A stretch of 64,000 nt of DNA, from positions 248,001-312,000 of the forward strand of contig NIVC01000778.1 in the NCBI GenBank assembly GCA_002269645.1. The letters run 5' to 3'. Position 1 is the first letter of the stretch, and the number at the start of each line of letters is the position of its first letter. The notes below the pieces were generated by a model that was not told the DNA's origin, made no database searches, and was given only the letters and a program-made list of their open reading frames with translations. This DNA is from Macrostomum lignano (Eukaryota). Shown piece after piece: positions 36,021 through 50,812 of the stretch. The position numbers and the translations under genes are program-made.

Positions 36021-36406
36021 CCTGTGAACCGCAGTGTTAGTCTTCCCCTTCGTACACTGCTTAAACCACTCTAAGATTTGTCTGACAAAATGAAGTTTTT
36101 TTACTTTTAAAAGCGTGTCATTTTCCCTGTGCGATCAGCAGTTGCAGCTTTTTAGTATGGCTAATAATAACACAAGTCTTGTTGCGTGCATACGCTAGTT
36201 TTTTTATATATATGAATAGCTAAATATAAAGTTAAAAAATTGCTGATTTAGTTCAGAAGTTTGTTTAGCATTTGATTTGTAGTACCTAGTGAACATGTAT
36301 ATTGGTTAATGAAATGTACCTACCTACGTGTTTTAAAACTGCAAAAATTTCTTATTTAAAAAACCTTTTTTGTTACTATCGACAAATCGTGTTTTTATCA
36401 GTATGA

Positions 36407-38528
36407 GGGGGCGCTTATATCTCCGAATGCACCTCTTTAATATTTCCGACACTTCACACCTCCGAGCTTCATATCTCCGAGCTTCATATCTCCGAGCTTC
36501 ATATCTCCGACCTTCATACCTCCGAGCTTCATATCTCCGAGCTTCATATCTCCGACCTTCATACCTCCGACCTTCATACCTCCAAGCTTCATATCTCCAA
36601 GACTTCATATACGACACTTCATATCTCCGACCTTCATAGCTCCGACACTTCATAGCTCCGAGTTTCATATCTCCGACACTTCATACCTCCGAGCTTCATA
36701 CCTCCGAGCTTCATATCTCCGACACTTCATACCTCCAAGACTTCATATAGGACACTTCATATCTCCGACCTTCATAGCTCCGACACTTCATACCTCCGAG
36801 TTTCATATCTCCGACACTTCATACCTCCGAGCTTCATATCTCCGACACTTCATACCTCCGAGCTTCATACCTCCGAGCTTCATATCTCCGACACTTCATA
36901 CCTCCAAGACTTCATATCTCCGACCTTCATATCTCCGACGCTTCATACCCTTGAGCTTCATATCTCCGACACTTCATACCTCCGAGCTTCATATCTCCGA
37001 CACTTCATACCTCCGAGCTTCATATCTCCGACCTTCATACCTCCGAGCTTCATATCTCCGACACTTCATACCCCCGAGCTTCATATCTCCGACCTTCATA
37101 CCTCCGAGCTTCATATCTCCGAGCTTCATATCTCCGACCTTCATACCTCCGAGCTTCATATCTCCGAGCTTCATATCTCCGACCTTCATACCTCCGAGCT
37201 TCATATCTCCGAGCTTCATATCTCCGACCTTCATACCTCCGACCTTCATACCTCCAAGCTTCATATCTCCAAGACTTCATATACGACACTTCATATCTCC
37301 AAGACTTCATATACGACACTTCATAGCTCCGAGTTTCATATCTCCGACACTTCATACCTCCGAGCTTCATACCTCCGAGCTTCATATCTCCGACACTTCA
37401 TACCTCCAAGACTTCATATAGGACACTTCATATCTCCGACCTTCATAGCTCCGACACTTCATACCTCCGAGTTTCATATCTCCGACACTTCATACCTCCG
37501 AGCTTCATATCTCCGACCTTCATACCTCCGAGCTTCATATCTCCGAGCTTCATATCTCCGACCTTCATACCTCCGACCTTCATACCTCCAAGCTTCATAT
37601 CTCCAAGACTTCATATACGACACTTCATATCTCCGACCTTCATAGCTCCGACACTTCATAGCTCCGAGTTTCATATCTCCGACACTTCATACCTCCGAGC
37701 TTCATACCTCCGAGCTTCATATCTCCGACACTTCATACCTCCAAGACTTCATATAGGACACTTCATATCTCCGACCTTCATAGCTCCGACACTTCATACC
37801 TCCGAGTTTCATATCTCCGACACTTCATACCTCCGAGCTTCATATCTCCGACACTTCATACCTCCGAGCTTCATACCTCCGAGCTTCATATCTCCGACAC
37901 TTCATACCTCCAAGACTTCATATCTCCGACCTTCATATCTCCGACGCTTCATACCCTTGAGCTTCATATCTCCGACACTTCATACCTCCGAGCTTCATAT
38001 CTCCGACACTTCATACCTCCGAGCTTCATATCTCCGACCTTCATACCTCCGAGCTTCATATCTCCGACACTTCATACCCCGAGCTTCATATCTCCGACCT
38101 TCATACCTCCGAGCTTCATATCTCCGAGCTTCATATCTCCGACCTTCATACCTCCGAGCTTCATATCTCCGAGCTTCATATCTCCGACCTTCATACCTCC
38201 GACCTTCATACCTCCAAGCTTCATATCTCCAAGACTTCATATACGACACTTCATATCTCCAAGACTTCATATACGACACTTCATATCTCCGACACTTCAT
38301 ATACGACACTTCATACCTCCGAGCTTCATATCCCGAGCTTATCTCCGGATGTGAACATCTCCGACACTTCATATCCGACACTGCATAACCATATCTCTGA
38401 GTCTTCATATCTGCGACACTTCATATTTCCGACAAGCTTAATGCCAACCCTAACCCTAACCGGAGATATGAAGTTTCGGATTTGAGATAAAAACTGTTAA
38501 ACTGAAGTGTCGGAGATATGAAATCCCC
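36407..38528. mobile_element. Inverted-terminal element with a massively expanded 15-16 bp array (CTTCATATCTCCGAG) and an internal CCCTAA repeat
   Basis: Left GGGGGCGCTTATATCTCCGA versus reverse complement of right end GGGGATTTCATATCTCCGACAC; AACCCTAACCCTAACC at about 38446-38461; inverted copies of the unit at 38461-38528. Confidence 0.7.
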
Positions 38529-39129
38529 GGTACGAGCATTGAGTGAGAAGTATTAGTATAGCTGCTGCTGTGGAAGCATCAGCAAAATTAATTTTCATTC
38601 GCACAGGCCTTTAAATAGGCGAGCAGATTTAAAGGCATTTTAAAACAGCTTTGTTTATCTGCAAGTTTTTTATTGTCCACCACAAAAAAAGACAAGCCAA
38701 TGAGGGCAGCTATAACAATTAGCAAACAGCTTAAAATATAGATTCCAACAAGATGTTTGGGTTATTGCGATTCATCAAACGCACATTGACACAGAAAAAA
38801 CTGACATAATGCACCAATCAAGTAAGCTAAAAGCTTAACAAAAATTAAAGAAAAACAATTTTTAAGTACCTGACGGGGGAGAGCCGGATAAATGAATTTG
38901 CGTAGCATTTTTAGCAGGCGCATTATTGCTGCAGTGGGTTTGTTATTTTGGCATGCTTGTGTTAAAATCCAAAATCAAATATCATTATTAATATTATTAT
39001 TAGCCGATAATATAGTAATGTAAGTAGTATTGGTCAAATTGCCATGCGTATGCTTGTATAAATCAAGGACCACTGTTGTATAACAGTAGGTAAACTCAAA
39101 GATCGTGTAGTTTTTAAAAAGCCAGTTTC

Positions 39130-42100
39130 TGAGTGACTGAAGTGACTGAGAATCACCCCTGACACTGAAGTGAGTGAGAATCGCCCCTGACGCTGAATTG
39201 GGTGAGAATCGCCCCTGTTGCTAAATTGGGTGAGAATCGCCCCTGACGCTAATTTGAGTGAGAATCGCTCCTGACGCTGAATTGGGTGAGAATCGCCCCT
39301 GACGCCGAAGTGACTGAGAATCGCCCCTGACGCTGAATTGGGTGAGAATCGTCCCTGACGCTGAATTGGGTGAGAATCGCCCCTGACGCTGAATTGGGTG
39401 AGAATCGCCCCTGACGCTAATTTGAGTGAGAATCGCCCCTGACGCTGAATTGGGTGAGAATCACCCCTGACGCTGAATTTGGTGAGAATCGCCTCTGACG
39501 CTAATTTGAGTGAGAATATACCTCCAAGCTTCATATCTCCAAGACTTCATATACGACACTTCATATCTCCAAGACTTCATATACGACACTTCATATCTCC
39601 GACACTTCATATCTCCGAGACTTCATATCTCCGACACTTCATACCTCCGAGCTTCATATCTCCGACACTTCATACCTCCGAGCTTCATATCTCCGACCTT
39701 CATACCTCCGAGCTTCATATCTCCGACACTTCATACCTCCGAGCTTCATATCTCCGACCTTCATACCTCCGAGCTTCATATCTCCGACACTTCATACCCC
39801 CGAGCTTCATATCTCCGACCTTCATACCTCCGAGCTTCATATCTCCGAGCTTCATATCTCCGACCTTCATACCTCCGAGCTTCATATCTCCGAGCTTCAT
39901 ATCTCCGACCTTCATACCTCCGAGCTTCATATCTCCGAGCTTCATATCTCCGACCTTCATACCTCCGACCTTCATACCTCCAAGCTTCATATCTCCAAGA
40001 CTTCATATACGACACTTCATATCTCCAAGACTTCATATACGACACTTCATATCTCCGACACTTCATATACGACACTTCATACCTCCGAGCTTCATATCCC
40101 GAGCTTATCTCCGGATGTGAACATCTCCGACACTTCATATCCGACACTGCATAACCATATCTCTGAGTCTTCATATCTGCGACACTTCATATTTCCGACA
40201 AGCTTAATGCCAACCCTAACCCTAACCGGAGATATGAAGTTTCGGATTTGAGATAAAAACTGTTAAACTGAAGTGTCGGAGATATGAAATCCCCGGTACG
40301 AGCATTGAGTGAGAAGTATTAGTATAGCTGCTGCTGTGGAAGCATCAGCAAAATTAATTTTCATTCGCACAGGCCTTTAAATAGGCGAGCAGATTTAAAG
40401 GCATTTTAAAACAGCTTTGTTTATCTGCAAGTTTTTTATTGTCCACCACAAAAAAAGACAAGCCAATGAGGGCAGCTATAACAATTAGCAAACAGCTTAA
40501 AATATAGATTCCAACAAGATGTTTGGGTTATTGCGATTCATCAAACGCACATTGACACAGAAAAAACTGACATAATGCACCAATCAAGTAAGCTAAAAGC
40601 TTAACAAAAATTAAAGAAAAACAATTTTTAAGTACCTGACGGGGGAGAGCCGGATAAATGAATTTGCGTAGCATTTTTAGCAGGCGCATTATTGCTGCAG
40701 TGGGTTTGTTATTTTGGCATGCTTGTGTTAAAATCCAAAATCAAATATCATTATTAATATTATTATTAGCCGATAATATAGTAATGTAAGTAGTATTGGT
40801 CAAATTGCCATGCGTATGCTTGTATAAATCAAGGACCACTGTTGTATAACAGTAGGTAAACTCAAAGATCGTGTAGTTTTTAAAAAGCCAGTTTCTGAGT
40901 GACTGAAGTGACTGAGAATCACCCCTGACACTGAAGTGAGTGAGAATCGCCCCTGACGCTGAATTGGGTGAGAATCGCCCCTGTTGCTAAATTGGGTGAG
41001 AATCGCCCCTGACGCTAATTTGAGTGAGAATCGCTCCTGACGCTGAATTGGGTGAGAATCGCCCCTGACGCCGAAGTGACTGAGAATCGCCCCTGACGCT
41101 GAATTGGGTGAGAATCGTCCCTGACGCTGAATTGGGTGAGAATCGCCCCTGACGCTGAATTGGGTGAGAATCGCCCCTGACGCTAATTTGAGTGAGAATC
41201 GCCCCTGACGCTGAATTGGGTGAGAATCACCCCTGACGCTGAATTTGGTGAGAATCGCCTCTGACGCTAATTTGAGTGAGAATATACCTCCAAGCTTCAT
41301 ATCTCCAAGACTTCATATACGACACTTCATATCTCCAAGACTTCATATACGACACTTCATATCTCCGACACTTCATATCTCCGAGACTTCATATCTCCGA
41401 CACTTCATACCTCCGAGCTTCATATCTCCGACACTTCATACCTCCGAGCTTCATATCTCCGACCTTCATACCTCCGAGCTTCATATCTCCGACACTTCAT
41501 ACCTCCGAGCTTCATATCTCCGACCTTCATACCTCCGAGCTTCATATCTCCGACACTTCATACCCCCGAGCTTCATATCTCCGACCTTCATACCTCCGAG
41601 CTTCATATCTCCGAGCTTCATATCTCCGACCTTCATACCTCCGAGCTTCATATCTCCGAGCTTCATATCTCCGACCTTCATACCTCCGACCTTCATACCT
41701 CCAAGCTTCATATCTCCAAGACTTCATATACGACACTTCATATCTCCAAGACTTCATATACGACACTTCATATCTCCGACACTTCATATCTCCAAGACTT
41801 CATATACGACACTTCATATCTCCGACACTTCATATACGACACTTCATACCTCCGAGCTTCATATCCCGAGCTTCACATCTCCGACACTTCATATCCGACA
41901 CTGCATAACCATATCTCTGAGTCTTCATATCTGCGACACTTCATATTTCCGACAAGCTTAATGCCAACCCTAACCCTAACCGGAGATATGAAGTTTCGGA
42001 TTTGAGATTTGAGATTTGAGTGAGAAGTATCAGTATAGCTGCTGCTGTGGAAGCATCAGCAAAATTAATTTTCATTCGCACAGGCCTTTAAATAGGCGAG

Positions 42101-45100
42101 CAGATTGAAAGGCATTTTAAAACAGCTTTGTTTATCTGCAAGTTTTTTATTGTCCACCACAAAAAAAGACAAGCCAATGAGGGCAGCTATAACAATTAGC
42201 AAACAGCTTAAAATATAGATTCCAACAAGATGTTTGGGTTATTGCGATTCATCAAACGCACATTGACACAGAAAAAACTGACATAATGCACCAATCAAGT
42301 AAGCTAAAAGCTTAACAAAAATTAAAGAAAAACAATTTTTAAGTACCTGACGGGGGAGAGCCGGATAAATGAATTTGCGTAGCATTTTTAGCAGGCGCAT
42401 TATTGCTGCAGTGGGTTTGTTATTTTGGCATGCTTGTGTTAAAATCCAAAATCAAATATCATTATTAATATTATTATTAGCCGATAATATAGTAATGTAA
42501 GTAGTATTGGTCAAATTGCCATGCGTATGCTTGTATAAATCAAGGACCACTGTTGTATAACAGTAGGTAAACTCAAAGATCGTGTAGTTTTTAAAAAGCC
42601 AGTTTCTGAGTGACTGAAGTGACTGAGAATCACCCCTGACACTGAAGTGAGTGAGAATCGCCCCTGACGCTGAATTGGGTGAGAATCGCCCCTGTTGCTA
42701 AATTGGGTGAGAATCGCCCCTGACGCTAATTTGAGTGAGAATCGCTCCTGACGCTGAATTGGGTGAGAATCGCCCCTGACGCCGAAGTGACTGAGAATCG
42801 CCCCTGACGCTGAATTGGGTGAGAATCGTCCCTGACGCTGAATTGGGTGAGAATCGCCCCTGACGCTGAATTGGGTGAGAATCGCCCCTGACGCTAATTT
42901 GAGTGAGAATCGCCCCTGACGCTGAATTGGGTGAGAATCACCCCTGACGCTGAATTTGGTGAGAATCGCCTCTGACGCTAATTTGAGTGAGAATATACCT
43001 CCAAGCTTCATATCTCCAAGACTTCATATACGACACTTCATATCTCCAAGACTTCATATACGACACTTCATATCTCCGACACTTCATATCTCCGAGACTT
43101 CATATCTCCGACACTTCATACCTCCGAGCTTCATATCTCCGACACTTCATACCTCCGAGCTTCATATCTCCGACCTTCATACCTCCGAGCTTCATATCTC
43201 CGACACTTCATACCTCCGAGCTTCATATCTCCGACCTTCATACCTCCGAGCTTCATATCTCCGACACTTCATACCCCCGAGCTTCATATCTCCGACCTTC
43301 ATACCTCCGAGCTTCATATCTCCGAGCTTCATATCTCCGACCTTCATACCTCCGAGCTTCATATCTCCGAGCTTCATATCTCCGACCTTCATACCTCCGA
43401 CCTTCATACCTCCAAGCTTCATATCTCCAAGACTTCATATACGACACTTCATATCTCCAAGACTTCATATACGACACTTCATATCTCCGACACTTCATAT
43501 CTCCAAGACTTCATATACGACACTTCATATCTCCGACACTTCATATACGACACTTCATACCTCCGAGCTTCATATCCCGAGCTTCACATCTCCGACACTT
43601 CATATCCGACACTGCATAACCATATCTCTGAGTCTTCATATCTGCGACACTTCATATTTCCGACAAGCTTAATGCCAACCCTAACCCTAACCGGAGATAT
43701 GAAGTTTCGGATTTGAGATTTGAGATTTGAGTGAGAAGTATCAGTATAGCTGCTGCTGTGGAAGCATCAGCAAAATTAATTTTCATTCGCACAGGCCTTT
43801 AAATAGGCGAGCAGATTGAAAGGCATTTTAAAACAGCTTTGTTTATCTGCAAGTTTTTTATTGTCCACCACAAAAAAAGACAAGCCAATGAGGGCAGCTA
43901 TAACAATTAGCAAACAGCTTAAAATATAGATTCCAACAAGATGTTTGGGTTATTGCGATTCATCAAACGCACATTGACACAGAAAAAACTGACATAATGC
44001 ACCAATCAAGTAAGCTAAAAGCTTAACAAAAATTAAAGAAAAACAATTTTTAAGTACCTGACGGGGGAGAGCCGGATAAATGAATTTGCGTAGCATTTTT
44101 AGCAGGCGCATTATTGCTGCAGTGGGTTTGTTATTTTGGCATGCTTGTGTTAAAATCCAAAATCAAATATCATTATTAATATTATTATTAGCCGATAATA
44201 TAGTAATGTAAGTAGTATTGGTCAAATTGCCATGCGTATGCTTGTATAAATCAAGGACCACTGTTGTATAACAGTAGGTAAACTCAAAGATCGTGTAGTT
44301 TTTAAAAAGCCAGTTTCTGAGTGACTGAAGTGACTGAGAATCACCCCTGACACTGAAGTGAGTGAGAATCGCCCCTGACGCTGAATTGGGTGAGAATCGC
44401 CCCTGTTGCTAAATTGGGTGAGAATCGCCCCTGACGCTAATTTGAGTGAGAATCGCTCCTGACGCTGAATTGGGTGAGAATCGCCCCTGACGCCGAAGTG
44501 ACTGAGAATCGCCCCTGACGCTGAATTGGGTGAGAATCGTCCCTGACGCTGAATTGGGTGAGAATCGCCCCTGACGCTGAATTGGGTGAGAATCGCCCCT
44601 GACGCTAATTTGAGTGAGAATCGCCCCTGACGCTGAATTGGGTGAGAATCACCCCTGACGCTGAATTTGGTGAGAATCGCCTCTGACGCTAATTTGAGTG
44701 AGAATATACCTCCAAGCTTCATATCTCCAAGACTTCATATACGACACTTCATATCTCCAAGACTTCATATACGACACTTCATATCTCCGACACTTCATAT
44801 CTCCGAGACTTCATATCTCCGACACTTCATACCTCCGAGCTTCATATCTCCGACACTTCATACCTCCGAGCTTCATATCTCCGACCTTCATACCTCCGAG
44901 CTTCATATCTCCGACACTTCATACCTCCGAGCTTCATATCTCCGACCTTCATACCTCCGAGCTTCATATCTCCGACACTTCATACCCCCGAGCTTCATAT
45001 CTCCGACCTTCATACCTCCGAGCTTCATATCTCCGAGCTTCATATCTCCGACCTTCATACCTCCGAGCTTCATATCTCCGAGCTTCATATCTCCGACCTT

Positions 45101-48100
45101 CATACCTCCGACCTTCATACCTCCAAGCTTCATATCTCCAAGACTTCATATACGACACTTCATATCTCCAAGACTTCATATACGACACTTCATATCTCCG
45201 ACACTTCATATCTCCAAGACTTCATATACGACACTTCATATCTCCGACACTTCATATACGACACTTCATACCTCCGAGCTTCATATCCCGAGCTTCACAT
45301 CTCCGACACTTCATATCCGACACTGCATAACCATATCTCTGAGTCTTCATATCTGCGACACTTCATATTTCCGACAAGCTTAATGCCAACCCTAACCCTA
45401 ACCGGAGATATGAAGTTTCGGATTTGAGATTTGAGATTTGAGTGAGAAGTATCAGTATAGCTGCTGCTGTGGAAGCATCAGCAAAATTAATTTTCATTCG
45501 CACAGGCCTTTAAATAGGCGAGCAGATTGAAAGGCATTTTAAAACAGCTTTGTTTATCTGCAAGTTTTTTATTGTCCACCACAAAAAAAGACAAGCCAAT
45601 GAGGGCAGCTATAACAATTAGCAAACAGCTTAAAATATAGATTCCAACAAGATGTTTGGGTTATTGCGATTCATCAAACGCACATTGACACAGAAAAAAC
45701 TGACATAATGCACCAATCAAGTAAGCTAAAAGCTTAACAAAAATTAAAGAAAAACAATTTTTAAGTACCTGACGGGGGAGAGCCGGATAAATGAATTTGC
45801 GTAGCATTTTTAGCAGGCGCATTATTGCTGCAGTGGGTTTGTTATTTTGGCATGCTTGTGTTAAAATCCAAAATCAAATATCATTATTAATATTATTATT
45901 AGCCGATAATATAGTAATGTAAGTAGTATTGGTCAAATTGCCATGCGTATGCTTGTATAAATCAAGGACCACTGTTGTATAACAGTAGGTAAACTCAAAG
46001 ATCGTGTAGTTTTTAAAAAGCCAGTTTCTGAGTGACTGAAGTGACTGAGAATCACCCCTGACACTGAAGTGAGTGAGAATCGCCCCTGACGCTGAATTGG
46101 GTGAGAATCGCCCCTGTTGCTAAATTGGGTGAGAATCGCCCCTGACGCTAATTTGAGTGAGAATCGCTCCTGACGCTGAATTGGGTGAGAATCGCCCCTG
46201 ACGCCGAAGTGACTGAGAATCGCCCCTGACGCTGAATTGGGTGAGAATCGTCCCTGACGCTGAATTGGGTGAGAATCGCCCCTGACGCTGAATTGGGTGA
46301 GAATCGCCCCTGACGCTAATTTGAGTGAGAATCGCCCCTGACGCTGAATTTGGTGAGAATCGCCTCTGACGCTAATTTGAGTGAGAATATACCTCCAAGC
46401 TTCATATCTCCAAGACTTCATATACGACACTTCATATCTCCAAGACTTCATATACGACACTTCATATCTCCGACACTTCATATCTCCGAGACTTCATATC
46501 TCCGACACTTCATACCTCCGAGCTTCATATCTCCGACACTTCATACCTCCGAGCTTCATATCTCCGACCTTCATACCTCCGAGCTTCATATCTCCGACAC
46601 TTCATACCTCCGAGCTTCATATCTCCGACCTTCATACCTCCGAGCTTCATATCTCCGACACTTCATACCCCCGAGCTTCATATCTCCGACCTTCATACCT
46701 CCGAGCTTCATATCTCCGAGCTTCATATCTCCGACCTTCATACCTCCGAGCTTCATATCTCCGAGCTTCATATCTCCGACCTTCATACCTCCGAGCTTCA
46801 TATCTCCGAGCTTCATATCTCCGACTTCATACCTCCGACCTTCATACCTCCAAGCTTCATATCTCCAAGACTTCATATACGACACTTCATATCTCCAAGA
46901 CTTCATATACGACACTTCATATCTCCGACACTTCATATACGACACTTCATACCTCCGAGCTTCATATCCCGAGCTTATCTCCGGATGTGAACATCTCCGA
47001 CACTTCATATCCGACACTGCATAACCATATCTCTGAGTCTTCATATCTGCGACACTTCATATTTCCGACAAGCTTAATGCCAACCCTAACCCTAACCGGA
47101 GATATGAAGTTTCGGATTTGAGATTTGAGATTTGAGTGAGAAGTATCAGTATAGCTGCTGCTGTGGAAGCATCAGCAAAATTAATTTTCATTCGCACAGG
47201 CCTTTAAATAGGCGAGCAGATTGAAAGGCATTTTAAAACAGCTTTGTTTATCTGCAAGTTTTTTATTGTCCACCACAAAAAAAGACAAGCCAATGAGGGC
47301 AGCTATAACAATTAGCAAACAGCTTAAAATATAGATTCCAACAAGATGTTTGGGTTATTGCGATTCATCAAACGCACATTGACACAGAAAAAACTGACAT
47401 AATGCACCAATCAAGTAAGCTAAAAGCTTAACAAAAATTAAAGAAAAACAATTTTTAAGTACCTGACGGGGGAGAGCCGGATAAATGAATTTGCGTAGCA
47501 TTTTTAGCAGGCGCATTATTGCTGCAGTGGGTTTGTTATTTTGGCATGCTTGTGTTAAAATCCAAAATCAAATATCATTATTAATATTATTATTAGCCGA
47601 TAATATAGTAATGTAAGTAGTATTGGTCAAATTGCCATGCGTATGCTTGTATAAATCAAGGACCACTGTTGTATAACAGTAGGTAAACTCAAAGATCGTG
47701 TAGTTTTTAAAAAGCCAGTTTCTGAGTGACTGAAGTGACTGAGAATCACCCCTGACACTGAAGTGAGTGAGAATCGCCCCTGACGCTGAATTGGGTGAGA
47801 ATCGCCCCTGTTGCTAAATTGGGTGAGAATCGCCCCTGACGCTAATTTGAGTGAGAATCGCTCCTGACGCTGAATTGGGTGAGAATCGCCCCTGACGCCG
47901 AAGTGACTGAGAATCGCCCCTGACGCTGAATTGGGTGAGAATCGTCCCTGACGCTGAATTGGGTGAGAATCGCCCCTGACGCTGAATTGGGTGAGAATCG
48001 CCCCTGACGCTAATTTGAGTGAGAATCGCCCCTGACGCTGAATTGGGTGAGAATCACCCCTGACGCTGAATTTGGTGAGAATCGCCTCTGACGCTAATTT

Positions 48101-49755
48101 GAGTGAGAATATACCTCCAAGCTTCATATCTCCAAGACTTCATATACGACACTTCATATCTCCAAGACTTCATATACGACACTTCATATCTCCGACACTT
48201 CATATCTCCGAGACTTCATATCTCCGACACTTCATACCTCCGAGCTTCATATCTCCGACACTTCATACCTCCGAGCTTCATATCTCCGACCTTCATACCT
48301 CCGAGCTTCATATCTCCGACACTTCATACCTCCGAGCTTCATATCTCCGACCTTCATACCTCCGAGCTTCATATCTCCGACACTTCATACCCCCGAGCTT
48401 CATATCTCCGACCTTCATACCTCCGAGCTTCATATCTCCGAGCTTCATATCTCCGACCTTCATACCTCCGAGCTTCATATCTCCGAGCTTCATATCTCCG
48501 ACCTTCATACCTCCGACCTTCATACCTCCAAGCTTCATATCTCCAAGACTTCATATACGACACTTCATATCTCCAAGACTTCATATACGACACTTCATAT
48601 CTCCGACACTTCATATCTCCAAGACTTCATATACGACACTTCATATCTCCGACACTTCATATACGACACTTCATACCTCCGAGCTTCATATCCCGAGCTT
48701 CACATCTCCGACACTTCATATCCGACACTGCATAACCATATCTCTGAGTCTTCATATCTCCGAGCTTCATATCTCCGACCTTCATACCTCCGAGCTTCAT
48801 ATCTCCGAGCTTCATATCTCCGACCTTCATACCTCCGACCTTCATACCTCCAAGCTTCATATCTCCAAGACTTCATATACGACACTTCATATCTCCAAGA
48901 CTTCATATACGACACTTCATATCTCCGACACTTCATATCTCCAAGACTTCATATACGACACTTCATATCTCCGACACTTCATATACGACACTTCATACCT
49001 CCGAGCTTCATATCCCGAGCTTCACATCTCCGACACTTCATATCCGACACTGCATAACCATATCTCTGAGTCTTCATATCTGCGACACTTCATATTTCCG
49101 ACAAGCTTAATGCCAACCCTAACCCTAACCGGAGATATGAAGTTTCGGATTTGAGATTTGAGATTTGAGTGAGAAGTATCAGTATAGCTGCTGCTGTGGA
49201 AGCATCAGCAAAATTAATTTTCATTCGCACAGGCCTTTAAATAGGCGAGCAGATTGAAAGGCATTTTAAAACAGCTTTGTTTATCTGCAAGTTTTTTATT
49301 GTCCACCACAAAAAAAGACAAGCCAATGAGGGCAGCTATAACAATTAGCAAACAGCTTAAAATATAGATTCCAACAAGATGTTTGGGTTATTGCGATTCA
49401 TCAAACGCACATTGACACAGAAAAAACTGACATAATGCACCAATCAAGTAAGCTAAAAGCTTAACAAAAATTAAAGAAAAACAATTTTTAAGTACCTGAC
49501 GGGGGAGAGCCGGATAAATGAATTTGCGTAGCATTTTTAGCAGGCGCATTATTGCTGCAGTGGGTTTGTTATTTTGGCATGCTTGTGTTAAAATCCAAAA
49601 TCAAATATCATTATTAATATTATTATTAGCCGATAATATAGTAATGTAAGTAGTATTGGTCAAATTGCCATGCGTATGCTTGTATATATCAAGGACCACT
49701 GTTGTATAACAGTAGGTAAACTCAAAGATCGTGTAGTTTTTAAAAAGCCAGTTTC
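39130..49755. repeat. Higher-order tandem array (macrosatellite): six units starting at 39130, 40896, 42607, 44318, 46029 and 47723
   Basis: Unit lengths 1766, 1711, 1711, 1711, 1694 and 2033 bp; each unit is a 28-bp array, a 15-bp array, a CCCTAA end and about 0.6 kb of AT-rich unique sequence. Identical ORFs recur at these spacings. Confidence 0.97.
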
Positions 49756-50590
49756 CTGGGAAAAATCGCTGCGGAGATAGGAAACAATCATTTATTCATC
49801 ACAAAATCAATGATTGCCTTTGATCTGGGGCAGCGAATGTTGCTATTCAATGCAGCATGTTACTGTTGTTTTCTGTATACCTAAAAATTACCGATCTTGA
49901 ATTTTTACGCCCTGTAATACTACAGTGGTCATTGGTACAAAGTGTGCAAGGGGACACAAAATCAACTGATAAACAAGATTAGAAGACAAACAAGGAAGGA
50001 ACAGACTGACTAGGCCATTTAAACAGCAGCAGGTTACTCGTACACATGCGCAAAGTTCACAACGATTAAAAAAATTAATAAACCGTCACACCCAAAAGGT
50101 TTGGGGGAAAAGTAAAAGTACTCTGGGACATTGATATTAATTAAAATATTGAAAAATTAAAACTTTGCATTGATTATAGTAATAAAAATATTATAGCGAT
50201 TGCGAGTCGAATCAAAGCTTAAAAATTAGATTGCCTCGGGGAAAGCCAGATTATCAAAGTTGAATTATTGCTAAAGCTGAAGGAAAGAATTGAGGCAGAA
50301 ACACACGCTGAACTTGAGCTCGCCTGTCTATTAACTAACAGCTTCGGTAAATTTAAGAAGAAAACTTCAGGTGAGAATTAAATTACAAATCAAGCTTTCA
50401 GTCAGAAACAAAATTACAAGTACTGTGCAACACACCGATGGCCCATTGAGAAAATGTGACTTGAACAGCCTACTTTCAGTAGCAAGACCTTAAGTCGCAT
50501 TTATATTTTCATAGTTAAATAAAATAAATAATTGAGATCAAGCAGTTGCCACAATGTCCGACCTGTTTAAAGCTGCTGTACGAATCATTT

Positions 50591-50812
50591 GAAGTCTGCA
50601 AACCTTTTTTACTTCAAAGGTCACGTAGAGAACCTAGAGAATGACTGCGGGGCAGGAGAGTCCAGGGAATAAAGAAGAGGAGACGAGAAGAGAGAGGGGA
50701 GAGAGAAGAGACACTGAAACACCAACCTTGTGCGGACGGGATTACTTTTGTTTCAAAGTTTCAAAGGGCCGAGGGCCTGATAGAGAGGCTTCGCGGGCCG
50801 TAGTTATCCCTG
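50591..50812. mobile_element. Decayed copy of the hAT MITE family also found at 60503-61408, with a short GA tract
   Basis: Shares TAGAGAA-CTAGAG-ATGACT-CGGG and AAGTTTCAAAGG-CCGAGGGCC-GATA-AGAGGCTT-GCGGGC with the 60.5-kb copy; termini degenerate. Confidence 0.7.

Noticed and set aside
36333-49154. Many recurring ORFs (RRYEA, SFISP, RASYL, QRQGRFS)
   Set aside because: Products of the 15-bp and 28-bp arrays on both strands; no domain content.
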